64,000 nt of DNA from positions 137,716 through 201,715 of the forward strand of contig CALRFD010000001.1 in assembly GCA_943356485.1 (NCBI GenBank), read 5' to 3'. The notes beneath the pieces were generated by a model. It was not told the origin of the DNA. It saw only the letters and a program-made list of their open reading frames with translations, and did not search any database. Numbering within the stretch: the first letter of the stretch is position 1; every line of letters starts with the position of its first letter. Below, piece by piece: positions 50,651 to 59,616 of this stretch. A program made the position numbers and the translations under genes. Origin of the DNA: Patescibacteria group bacterium (lineage in GTDB: Bacteria; Patescibacteriota; Microgenomatia; Daviesbacterales; UBA10151).

Positions 50651-51916
50651 ATGGCTGAGCGGCCGATAGCTGTTATAACAGGAACTTCCAGGGATGTGGG
50701 GAGATATGTCTCTATTGGGTTAGCCCAGGCAGGTTATGATATTTTAGGCGTTTATAGAAATCCCCAACATGACCAGGATCAAGCAGACGTTATAAAGGAA
50801 GTTAAAGGTCATAAAGCCAGGATGGTTGCAGTCAGGGCAGACCTTTTAGATGAGGCTACGCCAGATTTAGTATTAGCAAAATTAGAGGATTTTGGGGGTA
50901 AAGTTAGCGCTTTTATTGATAATGCTGCCGGAGGGTATGGCTTAACTAAAGAGGAGGCAAGAGAGATAAATGTTGCTGCTCCGCAGAGATTAATGGATAA
51001 GCTAAGGAATAACTTAACGCCTGATGCGGCGGTAGTTTTTAACACCAGCATTCCTGCCCATTTATTTCACACCCTGCAAGCAGACGATATGGCATTAATG
51101 GGAGATTATGATTTCGTTGCCCGGAGTAAAAACGAAAGAGAAAGGATGCTAAGGTCAGAATTTGTTGGAGATGGACAAAGACTGGCGGTAGTAGTAGGTA
51201 ATGGGTTGGATGGCAGTTTTGTAACCAGGCTTTTGAAGGGGAAAAATAAGTCTTTTGTTAGCCGGATGTTGAGCCTTTCAGATACAGATTATTTCCCGAC
51301 AGTGATGGATATGGCAACTGCTGTGGTTAAGGTAGTAAGAGGCAACTATCCAACAGGACACACAGAATATGTAGGGATTGCGCCCCAACATCAGCTTTAT
51401 CCTTCCAGACCTTTGGGATCTAGTCTAATTGACGCTCCGCAAATGAGGGAAGGGTCGATTTTATCCAGAGAGGAAATTTATAATATTATCCCCCACCGCT
51501 GGCCGTTTATGTTTATTGGAGGAGTTTCGGAGGTTGAATATGGTAAAAGAGCTGTTGGTTCATTGGTAGACTTAACTAATCCTGATATTAATTGGACTGG
51601 CGGACATTTTCCAGACTATCCTTTGGTTCCAGGGGTAATTACTCAAGAAGCTTTGCAGCAGTTGGGGGCTTTGGTTGTTTTAGGTATGACTGAGCATAGA
51701 GGTATGACTGCTGTTTTAACAGGAGTTGATCAGATGCGTTTTTTAAGGCAGATTCTTCCAGGGGATAATATAAGATTGGAGGTTGAAGGCATGGACATTA
51801 CTGAAGAGAAAAGAAGGATTACAGGTATGGGTCATGTGCGGGCTTTAAATCACTTAGGTAAAGTAGCAGTAGAGGGTAGGGTGTCATTTGCGCTTATTAA
51901 TCCGGCTAAAAAATAA
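50651..51916 (+). CDS. Fusion protein: N-terminal SDR domain with a FabI-type Y-x6-K motif (putative enoyl-ACP reductase), plus a C-terminal FabZ-type hotdog 3-hydroxyacyl-ACP dehydratase.
   Basis: N-terminus IAVITGTSRDVGRYVSIGLAQAGY and YDFVARSK (cf. FabI YNVMGLAK). C-terminus IIPHRWPFMFIGGV...NWTGGHFPDYPLVPGVITQEALQQ (cf. FabZ LPHRYPFLLVD...FFQGHFP..PIMPGVL). Confidence 0.65.
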   Translation: MAERPIAVITGTSRDVGRYVSIGLAQAGYDILGVYRNPQHDQDQADVIKEVKGHKARMVAVRADLLDEATPDLVLAKLEDFGGKVSAFIDNAAGGYGLTKEEAREINVAAPQRLMDKLRNNLTPDAAVVFNTSIPAHLFHTLQADDMALMGDYDFVARSKNERERMLRSEFVGDGQRLAVVVGNGLDGSFVTRLLKGKNKSFVSRMLSLSDTDYFPTVMDMATAVVKVVRGNYPTGHTEYVGIAPQHQLYPSRPLGSSLIDAPQMREGSILSREEIYNIIPHRWPFMFIGGVSEVEYGKRAVGSLVDLTNPDINWTGGHFPDYPLVPGVITQEALQQLGALVVLGMTEHRGMTAVLTGVDQMRFLRQILPGDNIRLEVEGMDITEEKRRITGMGHVRALNHLGKVAVEGRVSFALINPAKK

Positions 51917-51976
51917 TATGAATATGATCTTGTTTTTTAAAAATTTAAATGTTAATGTCTGCTAAATTATAAAAAT

Positions 51977-53332
51977 ATGCCATCTACACCAGAAACATCA
52001 AAAGAAAAACGTTCATCCCTTTCCAGAGGTTTAGAAAAAGCAGCTAATCTAATAGACGCAGCTTCGGATAGATATGGGAAACCTACTGATAGAGAGATTG
52101 TAGAGAGGCTTTTGCAAAGAGGTATTAATACTGTTGTCAGCGTTCCCTGTTCTATAACTCAAACTATCGCCGCAGAGTGGCATGATCTGTCAAAAAAAGG
52201 ACAGATGCGTTTAATCAATACAGTAAATGAACATAGTGTAGTTGGGATAGCTGCCGGGGTTTGGTTTGGAACAGGCGAAGTGCCTCTTATACATATGCAG
52301 AATTCCGGAGTAACTAATTCTGCAGATGGTTTGATTTCTTTCGCTAAGGTTTATAAAATCCCGATACTGGAGATGGTTACCTGGCGGGGTAATGATTTAA
52401 CAGATGACAGTGAACCACACCAAGAGATAGGTAATATGACTGATGATTTAACGAAGTTACTGGCAGGTAAAGAGAATAACTTTGGGATGAAAGATGGCAG
52501 GGGGTTTATGCGAAGAATGGATGAGGCAATCAGGATGGCTCAGATGGGCGGAAGAAGCGTCATTAGACTTTCCCCTGCTGCTTTTAGAAAGAGCTACCCT
52601 ATGTCGCTCCCGGTTGATTTAGAGGAAGAAACTGAAGATAAAATTTTGGCTAGAAGAGAGAGAATTAAAGAAAGTAAAGGTAGTAATATTGGCGAGGTTC
52701 TTCGAAGATATAGGGTTTCCAGGGGAGAAGCCATGGCTGAGATTGTTCATCAACACCCTGATGCGGCGATTTTATTTGCTAATGGTTTTAACGCCAGGGA
52801 AGCTCAAGGAAGAAATACAATAGACCGGGAAGGTAATTTTTACAACGCCGGCTATATGGGTGGCACACTGGCTATTGGTTGGGGAATTGCCAAAGCAAAT
52901 CCTGATATAAAGGTGGTGGTTGTGGATGGTGATCAAAATGCCATGATGGGTAAGATGCATGAACATTTTGGAGATGGGGATTATCCGGATAACTTGAGTT
53001 GGTATATTTTAGATAACAGAATAGGCGCATCCGTTGGAACTTCAAAAAGCCTTAAGCTACCCTGGTGGTATTATGACGTAGCTCGTGTTATAAGGACTGT
53101 TCCTGATGAACCAGGCTCATTTAAGCTGCCTCGGGTAAAAGAGCAGGGAAAGTATTTTGATAAAGAGGCAGCTAAACAGCTGGCAAGAGCAAAAGAGATG
53201 GGTCCTTTACCTGTGCTAACATTGATGTTCCGCGACTGGATTGCAAAACAAACACAGGTTAATATAAGAGCCAATGTATCCAATAATGTTGCTGAGGTGT
53301 TAAGAGTTAATTCAGCTATGTTAGAAGCTTAA
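51977..53332 (+). CDS. Thiamine-diphosphate-dependent decarboxylase (sulfopyruvate/phosphonopyruvate-decarboxylase-like, fused alpha/beta halves).
   Basis: N-terminal half VVSVPCSITQTIAAEW...NEHSVVGIAAGVWFGTGEVPLIHMQNSGVTNSADGL (cf. ComD/Ppd). C-terminal half GGTLAIGWGIAKANPDIKVVVVDGDQNAMM (TPP-binding GDG-type motif). Confidence 0.6.
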   Translation: MPSTPETSKEKRSSLSRGLEKAANLIDAASDRYGKPTDREIVERLLQRGINTVVSVPCSITQTIAAEWHDLSKKGQMRLINTVNEHSVVGIAAGVWFGTGEVPLIHMQNSGVTNSADGLISFAKVYKIPILEMVTWRGNDLTDDSEPHQEIGNMTDDLTKLLAGKENNFGMKDGRGFMRRMDEAIRMAQMGGRSVIRLSPAAFRKSYPMSLPVDLEEETEDKILARRERIKESKGSNIGEVLRRYRVSRGEAMAEIVHQHPDAAILFANGFNAREAQGRNTIDREGNFYNAGYMGGTLAIGWGIAKANPDIKVVVVDGDQNAMMGKMHEHFGDGDYPDNLSWYILDNRIGASVGTSKSLKLPWWYYDVARVIRTVPDEPGSFKLPRVKEQGKYFDKEAAKQLARAKEMGPLPVLTLMFRDWIAKQTQVNIRANVSNNVAEVLRVNSAMLEA

Positions 53333-53334
53333 GT

Positions 53335-53937
53335 TTATAATCCCAAAATAGTCATAAACCTAAAATCATTTTCTTTTTTATCTTCCGCTCTTCTGTGAGA
53401 GAAATAATCCTCACTTTCATATGTGCAAATTCTAGGATTCCCGATATTTTTTTCTAAAACCCCACAATCAGTTAATTGTTTTTCTGCTTTCTTCCAAATG
53501 TCCATTCTGTAGCAGCAAGGACCAATAGAAGGTCCAAGTTTAACAATTAGATCTTTTGGGTCTGATTTAAAAAATTTAGCCATTTTTTCAATAACTTTTT
53601 TGATTATTCCTTTCTTCAGTCCTTTGAACCCGGCATGTATTAAGCCGATCGCCTTATTTTTAGGATCGTAAAACCCAATTTGATGGCAATCAGCGGCTTT
53701 AATCATGAGATAAAGTTTAGGTCTATTGGTAATTAATCCATCTGCTCTGTTGATTTTAACGGTTGGCTGATCAATCTTAATGATTCTATTACCATGTATT
53801 TGTTTTAATTCAATGATATTTTTGTAATCAATACCAAGTTTTTTGGAAAACTTTTTCTGGTTATTTAAAGCAGTAGTGGGATCTCCGCAAAAAATTGACA
53901 TATTCCCGTCTGAGGTTTTGGAAGTGATAAAGATCAT
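53335..53937 (-). CDS. pgeF: PgeF/YfiH-family (DUF152, laccase-domain) purine nucleoside enzyme.
   Basis: ADGLITNRP, AADCHQIGFYDP and LIHAGFKGLKKG. Confidence 0.7.
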   Translation of the reverse strand: MIFITSKTSDGNMSIFCGDPTTALNNQKKFSKKLGIDYKNIIELKQIHGNRIIKIDQPTVKINRADGLITNRPKLYLMIKAADCHQIGFYDPKNKAIGLIHAGFKGLKKGIIKKVIEKMAKFFKSDPKDLIVKLGPSIGPCCYRMDIWKKAEKQLTDCGVLEKNIGNPRICTYESEDYFSHRRAEDKKENDFRFMTILGL

Positions 53938-54512
53938 AAAGCTAGAAAACGCAGCAGGACTGCCACACTTCGGTCTTCACCGATACGAGAGTTTAAACAC
54001 ATCTTTTTAGCGTCATTAAAACTCACCCAATTTAGCTTTATATTTTCACCCAGTTCAAGTCTTTGTCCATCCGGGTGGTTATGGAATTTTGTAACGATAA
54101 AATAGTATATATCCCAAACCACAGTTGTCCCGCAATTAGACAGCGCAAAAAGCTTGATTTTTTCCACCTCTAAGCCTACTTCTTCCAAAGCCTCTTTTTT
54201 CGCAGCAGCCATAGCTTTCTTTGCAATATCTACTTTATTTTTTAATAACTGGTTATATTCTTCTAAAGTATCTACAACTTTTCCTCCGGGAAGTCTGATA
54301 TCCCATTTTTTGATGTCTGTCCGGTACTCTTTGGTTAAAAGAATTTTATGATCACGAGAGATAATAATTAGTCTGGTGCCAGGGGAGCGGCGGGCAAACT
54401 CCACAGTAAATTCTTTGTCGCCAGCCTGCATTTTTTGTTGAACTATTTCAATAAGTTTGCCCTTGAATATTACAACTTCCTGACCTTTAGGTTTTGGTAA
54501 TGATTTATTCAT
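53934..54512 (-). CDS. NUDIX hydrolase.
   Basis: LPGGKV...(insert)...EALEEVGLEVE, a Nudix box with an internal insertion. Overlaps neighbouring genes by 4 nt on both sides. Confidence 0.6.
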   Translation of the reverse strand: MNKSLPKPKGQEVVIFKGKLIEIVQQKMQAGDKEFTVEFARRSPGTRLIIISRDHKILLTKEYRTDIKKWDIRLPGGKVVDTLEEYNQLLKNKVDIAKKAMAAAKKEALEEVGLEVEKIKLFALSNCGTTVVWDIYYFIVTKFHNHPDGQRLELGENIKLNWVSFNDAKKMCLNSRIGEDRSVAVLLRFLAL

Positions 54513-55915
54513 ATTCTAGGAAAAAGTGGAGCTTGTGATTTTATTTCCCCTGAGAATTGTTTTAAGATTTTCTCAGCAGTTTCCGGCATAAATGGCTGCA
54601 GGTTATATCCAATTGCCTGAATTTTTTTAACAAGATCTTCTAAAACTTCTTTGGCTTTTTGACCTTCCAGCTCCCATGGCTTTTCCAAATTTACTTTTTT
54701 ATCAGCCTCTGATATTAATTGCCAAATAACAGCAATAGCTTCATTAAATTTAAACTCCCCCAGGTATTTTTCCAAATCCGTACACCAGACATTAGAACCA
54801 GTAACCCCTGATAATTTATTTTGCTCACAAAGTTTGGCAACTCTGGCAACTAGATTCCCCAACCCGTTTGATAAATTGGCAATGTAGCTTTCATGGATTC
54901 GCTCAACAGTTACATCACTATCCTCGAAGGTATTTAAATCATGGGCTATAAAAAACCTGAGGGCATCTGTTCCATATTTATTTACCAGCTCAAATGGATC
55001 AATCACATTTCCTAAGCTTTTACTCATTTTTTGGCCGGCATTGGTGATGAATCCATGAATGATAATTTGTTTGGAACAAGGTAGACCGGCTGACATTAAC
55101 ATAGCCTGCCACATCGCGGATTGCTGTCTTAAATTATCTTTGCCGGCCATTTGCACCACAGGCCAATATTCTTCAAAATTTTTCTCATCATTAGGCCAAC
55201 CTAATGTTGAGATATAACTAACAAGAGCATCAAACCAAACATAAGAAACATGATCCGAATCATTAAACACAGCTACACCCCAAGGTAATTTTTCCTTAAG
55301 CCTGGAGATACTAAAATCCTGCAAGCCGGAAGAAACAAATTCTTTAATTTCTTTTAAGCGAAAATCTGGTAATACAAATTGGGGATTTTTTTCATATAAA
55401 TCCAGCAGTGGCTGCTGGTATTTTGAAAATTTGAAGAAGTAATTTTCTTCCTCAATAGTTTCTATTTCCAAGTTTGGATGTATGGGGCATTTATTATCCG
55501 TTAATTCTGAGTCTGTTCTTTCTAACTCACAGCCAATGCAGTATTTTATTTTATAGTTTTTTTTGTAGATGTCATCATTTTCAAGGCATCTTTTCCAAAA
55601 TTCCTGGGCAGCCTTTTTATGTTGAGTGCTGCTGGTTCTTAAGAAATTTGTATAGCTTAAATTTAAAGACTCCTTTAAGGAATTAAACTTAGCAGCATAT
55701 TCATCGACGTAAGATTGAGGATCTTTATTTTGAGCGAGAGCCGCCCGGTAGATCTTTATCCCATGCTCATCAGTGCCGGTATTAAAAACTACCTCATTAC
55801 CCAGTAACCTATGGTATCTGGCAATAATATCTGCCTGAACTATCTCCATCGCAAAACCTAAATGTGGCTCTGCATTAACATAAGGTAGTGTTGTAGTAAT
55901 GTAGTATTTATTCAT
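54509..55915 (-). CDS. metG: Methionine--tRNA ligase (short form).
   Basis: ITTTLPYVNAEPHLGFAMEIVQADIIARYHRLLG (HIGH-region), zinc-knuckle CxxC...CPIH, and KMSKSLGN. Confidence 0.9.
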   Translation of the reverse strand: MNKYYITTTLPYVNAEPHLGFAMEIVQADIIARYHRLLGNEVVFNTGTDEHGIKIYRAALAQNKDPQSYVDEYAAKFNSLKESLNLSYTNFLRTSSTQHKKAAQEFWKRCLENDDIYKKNYKIKYCIGCELERTDSELTDNKCPIHPNLEIETIEEENYFFKFSKYQQPLLDLYEKNPQFVLPDFRLKEIKEFVSSGLQDFSISRLKEKLPWGVAVFNDSDHVSYVWFDALVSYISTLGWPNDEKNFEEYWPVVQMAGKDNLRQQSAMWQAMLMSAGLPCSKQIIIHGFITNAGQKMSKSLGNVIDPFELVNKYGTDALRFFIAHDLNTFEDSDVTVERIHESYIANLSNGLGNLVARVAKLCEQNKLSGVTGSNVWCTDLEKYLGEFKFNEAIAVIWQLISEADKKVNLEKPWELEGQKAKEVLEDLVKKIQAIGYNLQPFMPETAEKILKQFSGEIKSQAPLFPRI

Positions 55916-55919
55916 TTGA

Positions 55920-56291
55920 TTATCTTCTAAGTTTTGTCAGTTTAGGGATTTTTGATAAATTAGTCAAATCTCTTTTCTTATTTTTCTTAAAGTAGCTTAT
56001 TAAAAGTCCGATAGAGATTATAATTAATCCTCCGGAAACTAAATTTAAGGAATGCAGAGCCTGTATTATTAATATAAAAATTAAGCCTAAAGCGATTGAT
56101 CCGGAAATAAAGACATTCTTTAAAAAAATATTTAAACTAAAAGTAATGGCAAGAAAAAGGGGGATAAAAAAACTGAAGAGCTGGTTTAGATTTGCCTGGG
56201 TTATATTCTCAGGGTAGGGTACCTGTAAGATTACATAAATAAAAATACCCCAGAAAGTTAAACTGGGGAATAGTTTTAAAAAAAGCTTCAT
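55920..56291 (-). CDS. Small integral membrane protein (123 aa).
   Basis: Three or four hydrophobic helices. Confidence 0.35.
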   Translation of the reverse strand: MKLFLKLFPSLTFWGIFIYVILQVPYPENITQANLNQLFSFFIPLFLAITFSLNIFLKNVFISGSIALGLIFILIIQALHSLNLVSGGLIIISIGLLISYFKKNKKRDLTNLSKIPKLTKLRR

Positions 56292-56351
56292 TAAGTTAAG
56301 TATAGTTTACCTCTCGGTAGTGAAGCAAATAATGGTAAAATACCGAATGTA

Positions 56352-57521
56352 ATGGCTACCCCAACTATTTTGATTTGTCCAAACTGCAAAAAAGAAATCT
56401 CTGTTGATGAAGCGCTAAAGGGTCAACTTGAAGATCAGATAAAAGCACATCTTCGGGATGAGTATAACCAAAAGTGGGTTGAAGAAAAAAAGAAACTCAC
56501 CCAGTCTGTTGAAGAAAGTATTAAAAAAGAATTACTTGAGCAGTCAAAAAGAGAAAAAGAAGGATTAGAGGAGCAAATAGAAAAACAAAAAAAAGAGAAT
56601 GATGAATTTCGACAAAATGAACTTGAACTCCGTAAAAAAACCCGGGAGTTGGAAGAAAAAGAAAAAAATCTGGAACTGGAAAAGCAAAGACAGATAGATG
56701 AAGAACGTAAAAAGATTCAGGAAAAAACAGAGACAGAAGTTTCAGAGAAATTTCACTTAAAAGAAAAAGAGTATGAACAACAGATGGAGGCCATGAAAAA
56801 GTCTTTGGAAGAGGCTCAAAGAAAAGCGTCTCAAGGATCACAGCAACTGCAGGGTGAAGTGCTGGAATTGGAGCTGGAAGAAATATTAAAACGGGAATTT
56901 CCGGTAGATGAAATTCTGCCGGTTGGAAAAGGTATAAGGGGAGCAGATATTGTACAAAGAGTATTTAATAAATCAGGTAAACACACTGGTACGATTGTTT
57001 GGGAGAGTAAACGTACCAAGGGTTGGGAAAAAAAGTGGGTGGAGGATTTAAAGGTAAATATGCTCTCGTCTAAGGGAGATGTGGCAGTTTTAGTATCAAT
57101 GACTTTACCGGAAGAGATTAAGGCCTTTGGTTTTAAAGACGGAATATATGTTTCCAGTTTTGAATGTTTCCTGTCGGTTGCGTTTTTACTTAGAAAATCC
57201 ATTATTGATCACCACGCAGTTAAGCAGTCAGTGGTGGGGAAAAACGAAAAAATGGAGATGGTATACAACTACTTTTTAAGCCCGGAGTTTCAGCAAAGAG
57301 TATCAGCCATAGCCGAGGCCTTTACAGCGATGAAGGCAGATTTAGATACCGAAAAAAGAGTGTTTGCCAAACTTTGGGCGAAGCGGGAAAAAGAAATTGA
57401 AAAAGTGATTCTTAATACCTCCTCTCTGCACGGTGAACTGCACGGCCTGATTGGCGATGCATTGCCAAAAATAACAGCACTGGAAACAGATGCTTTGTTG
57501 TCAGAAATTAATGAGGTTTAG
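56352..57521 (+). CDS. DUF2130-like protein: N-terminal zinc-ribbon (CPNC), long charged coiled-coil, and a C-terminal restriction-endonuclease-like domain.
   Basis: ICPNCKKEI, then an ~150-aa E/K-rich coiled coil, then GKGIRGADIVQRVFNKSGKHTGTIVWESKRTKGWEKKWVEDLK...AVLVSMTLP. Domain assignment is from memory of the DUF2130 architecture. Confidence 0.45.
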   Translation: MATPTILICPNCKKEISVDEALKGQLEDQIKAHLRDEYNQKWVEEKKKLTQSVEESIKKELLEQSKREKEGLEEQIEKQKKENDEFRQNELELRKKTRELEEKEKNLELEKQRQIDEERKKIQEKTETEVSEKFHLKEKEYEQQMEAMKKSLEEAQRKASQGSQQLQGEVLELELEEILKREFPVDEILPVGKGIRGADIVQRVFNKSGKHTGTIVWESKRTKGWEKKWVEDLKVNMLSSKGDVAVLVSMTLPEEIKAFGFKDGIYVSSFECFLSVAFLLRKSIIDHHAVKQSVVGKNEKMEMVYNYFLSPEFQQRVSAIAEAFTAMKADLDTEKRVFAKLWAKREKEIEKVILNTSSLHGELHGLIGDALPKITALETDALLSEINEV

Positions 57522-57687
57522 CTTGTCATAGCAATCTAATCGCCAATAATCGTCCGTTATTTTTTCGAACCATCAGTTCGATTAGCTTGTCATAAAGCCC
57601 TAATCATCACAAATCGACCGTTCGTAAATCTATGCAAATCTAGGTATTTCGTGCCTAAAATCATTATAACCGTCGGTTAACCGTGGG

Positions 57688-58200
57688 TTGCACCTTTCTC
57701 CAAAAATTTATACAATAAAACCAATGCCTCAGGACACAGGTTCGATACATTCAGATACCGCCAAACGCGAGCCGCGCGGCGAGCACGGAGAGTTTGCGCG
57801 CACCCATATCGTAGCGCAAAATACACCCAGCCTACCCTCCCGCATATGGGATTATTTGTCCAAAATAAGTCTTAAAAAGCTCATTACTACCATGGGTCTA
57901 ATCTCCATAATTGCCACCAACGGGCTATCACTTACTTTAATCGAGCGACTTTTCCCTCATTCCTCACCCATTTTCCATCGTCAAGTGGCTCACCAGGGGA
58001 TCTTAAACACATCTGGAGGAGGGATTTATACTCTCACATTGACGGATAATTCGGTGTATACTTTGAATCTTAAGCCGTCTGGTAATCTAAAAAATTTGAA
58101 AAACCTAAACGAAGTCGTAGTCCGAGGCAATCTAACTTTCACTCCATATCTCATCGACAATGCCGAAATCTACCCAGTAAATATCTCCACTACTGATTGA
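57688..58200 (+). CDS. Doubtful ORF. The track start is TTG; the 5' part spans a GC-rich patch; a 101-aa product from the ATG at ~57892 is possible.
   Basis: No SD. The N-terminal segment encoded by GC-rich DNA (57760-57830) is atypical for this genome. Confidence 0.25.
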   Translation: MHLSPKIYTIKPMPQDTGSIHSDTAKREPRGEHGEFARTHIVAQNTPSLPSRIWDYLSKISLKKLITTMGLISIIATNGLSLTLIERLFPHSSPIFHRQVAHQGILNTSGGGIYTLTLTDNSVYTLNLKPSGNLKNLKNLNEVVVRGNLTFTPYLIDNAEIYPVNISTTD

Positions 58201-58231
58201 ACCAGTTTTGCACATCTGCTTTTGTCAGAGT

Positions 58232-59395
58232 CTATTTCCTAAATAATGCGACATAATCCTTCATCTCAAATAGCCTATTCCTAGAATAGCCTGTTTTTTC
58301 CTGTAGAATATCTAAGCCCGTAAGATCTGATACAAGATCACTTGCGGCTTTAAAACTTACACCCAGAACTTTACTCACATTATTTACACTTACGATAGGT
58401 TGAGAGAATAGATATATCAGCAACTGTCTTGCTTTTGGAACTTTTCTTCCTAAGGTAGTAATTTTATTATCATATTGCTCACGAAGAGTAATAATATTCT
58501 CGAATTTTTGTTTCCCCTTATTACTAGTCACTACAACTCCTTCAAGAAAGAAACGAACCCACCCTTCGAGATTATTCTTCTGTCTGACTTCATCAAGGGT
58601 CTCGTAATATGATTGACGATATTCCTCAAAATAGTCAGAAATATACAAAACTGGTTTAGTAAGGAAGCCACGCTCTATTAGTTGTAAAGTGATAAGTAGC
58701 CGACCGATGCGGCCATTTCCATCGAGAAATGGATGAATAGTTTCAAATTGATAATGCATAATAGCTATTTTTATCAGTATTGGTATATTTAACGAAGAAT
58801 TATGCCAAAATTTTTCCCAATCAGAAAGCAATCCTGCAACTTCTGTGTGTTGAGGGGGGACGTAATGAGCTGTACGAATAGAAGAACCTCCAATCCAGTT
58901 TTGGCTTGTGCGAATTTCACCAGGTAATTTATGCTTACCTCGAACGCTAGTTAGAAGACGAGAGTGAGTGTCTTTTATGAGCCTTACCGAGACTGGTAAT
59001 CTTTTAAGTTCTTCAACAGACCAGTTCATGGCATTGATATAATTTCTAACCTCTCGCCAATCGTCACGACGCTCAGGATCTATTTCGTCTTCTGGGAGCA
59101 ATACCTCATCTATTTCTGTACGGGTGCCCTCAATTCTGGAGGAGCTTACAGCTTCTGATTTAACATGCATCTGAATGAAATAATCAATATCAGGTACGAG
59201 CCTTGAATACGCATTCAATTCACCAAGTAGGCGTGTCGCCTCTTCTAAAAGTGTAATAGTGGATTGGTCATTAGCTATAAATGGCCTATTGATACCAGAC
59301 GGCAGAAAACTGGTATACTCAGCATCCATGCCGACAAGTATTTTTTGATTTGTTCCTGCAGTAAAGTCTTTCATACTGTAAATATAACACATCAT
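58232..59395 (-). CDS. Fic-family protein (second copy).
   Basis: Fic motif HPFLDGNGRIGRLLITLQL in a 387-aa protein. Confidence 0.8.
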   Translation of the reverse strand: MMCYIYSMKDFTAGTNQKILVGMDAEYTSFLPSGINRPFIANDQSTITLLEEATRLLGELNAYSRLVPDIDYFIQMHVKSEAVSSSRIEGTRTEIDEVLLPEDEIDPERRDDWREVRNYINAMNWSVEELKRLPVSVRLIKDTHSRLLTSVRGKHKLPGEIRTSQNWIGGSSIRTAHYVPPQHTEVAGLLSDWEKFWHNSSLNIPILIKIAIMHYQFETIHPFLDGNGRIGRLLITLQLIERGFLTKPVLYISDYFEEYRQSYYETLDEVRQKNNLEGWVRFFLEGVVVTSNKGKQKFENIITLREQYDNKITTLGRKVPKARQLLIYLFSQPIVSVNNVSKVLGVSFKAASDLVSDLTGLDILQEKTGYSRNRLFEMKDYVALFRK

Positions 59396-59470
59396 ATTTT
59401 ACTTTGCAAGTATAAAGTAAAATAAGGATTTCTATATTATAGATCACAAACGCCGATAATTTCCCAAATT

Positions 59471-59536
59471 TTCCACCCTTCGGGTGGATTAGCCCGCCTT
59501 GCCGTCGAGGCAGGCTTTGCACCTTTCCTTTTTTGA
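59471..59536 (+). repeat. Copy B of the ~66-bp two-hairpin + U-tract element, followed by a CCACCTCC...GGATTAGGTAG box at 59542-59573.
   Basis: CCACCCttcgGGTGG, TTGCCgtcgaGGCAG, CCTTTTTTG. About 90% identical to 23178-23243. Confidence 0.7.
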
Positions 59537-59581
59537 AATTATTCCACCTCCAAAGGGGATTAGGTAGGCACAGTTGACGTC

Positions 59582-59608
59582 TTGACTTCGGGTTGTTTTC
59601 GGTATAAT
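59582..59608 (+). promoter_or_regulatory. Sigma70-like promoter TTGACT-15-TATAAT upstream of the Bro-N gene.
   Basis: TTGACT at 59582-59587 and TATAAT at 59603-59608; ATG at 59617. Confidence 0.5.
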
Positions 59609-59616
59609 GTAATCGT

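Noticed and set aside
57521-57650. Possible CRISPR array (direct repeats of about 38 bp)
   Set aside because: There are only two imperfect repeat units with 63-bp periodicity. There are no further evenly spaced units and no cas genes. Treated as iteron/att-like repeats instead.
57760-57830. Partial resemblance of the GC-rich patch (GCCGCGCGGC..., GCGCGCACC) to RNase P RNA segments
   Set aside because: The order of the segments is reversed relative to RNase P. The universal GGAAAGUCCGG and ACAGAACCCGGCUUA elements are absent, and the region is far too short.
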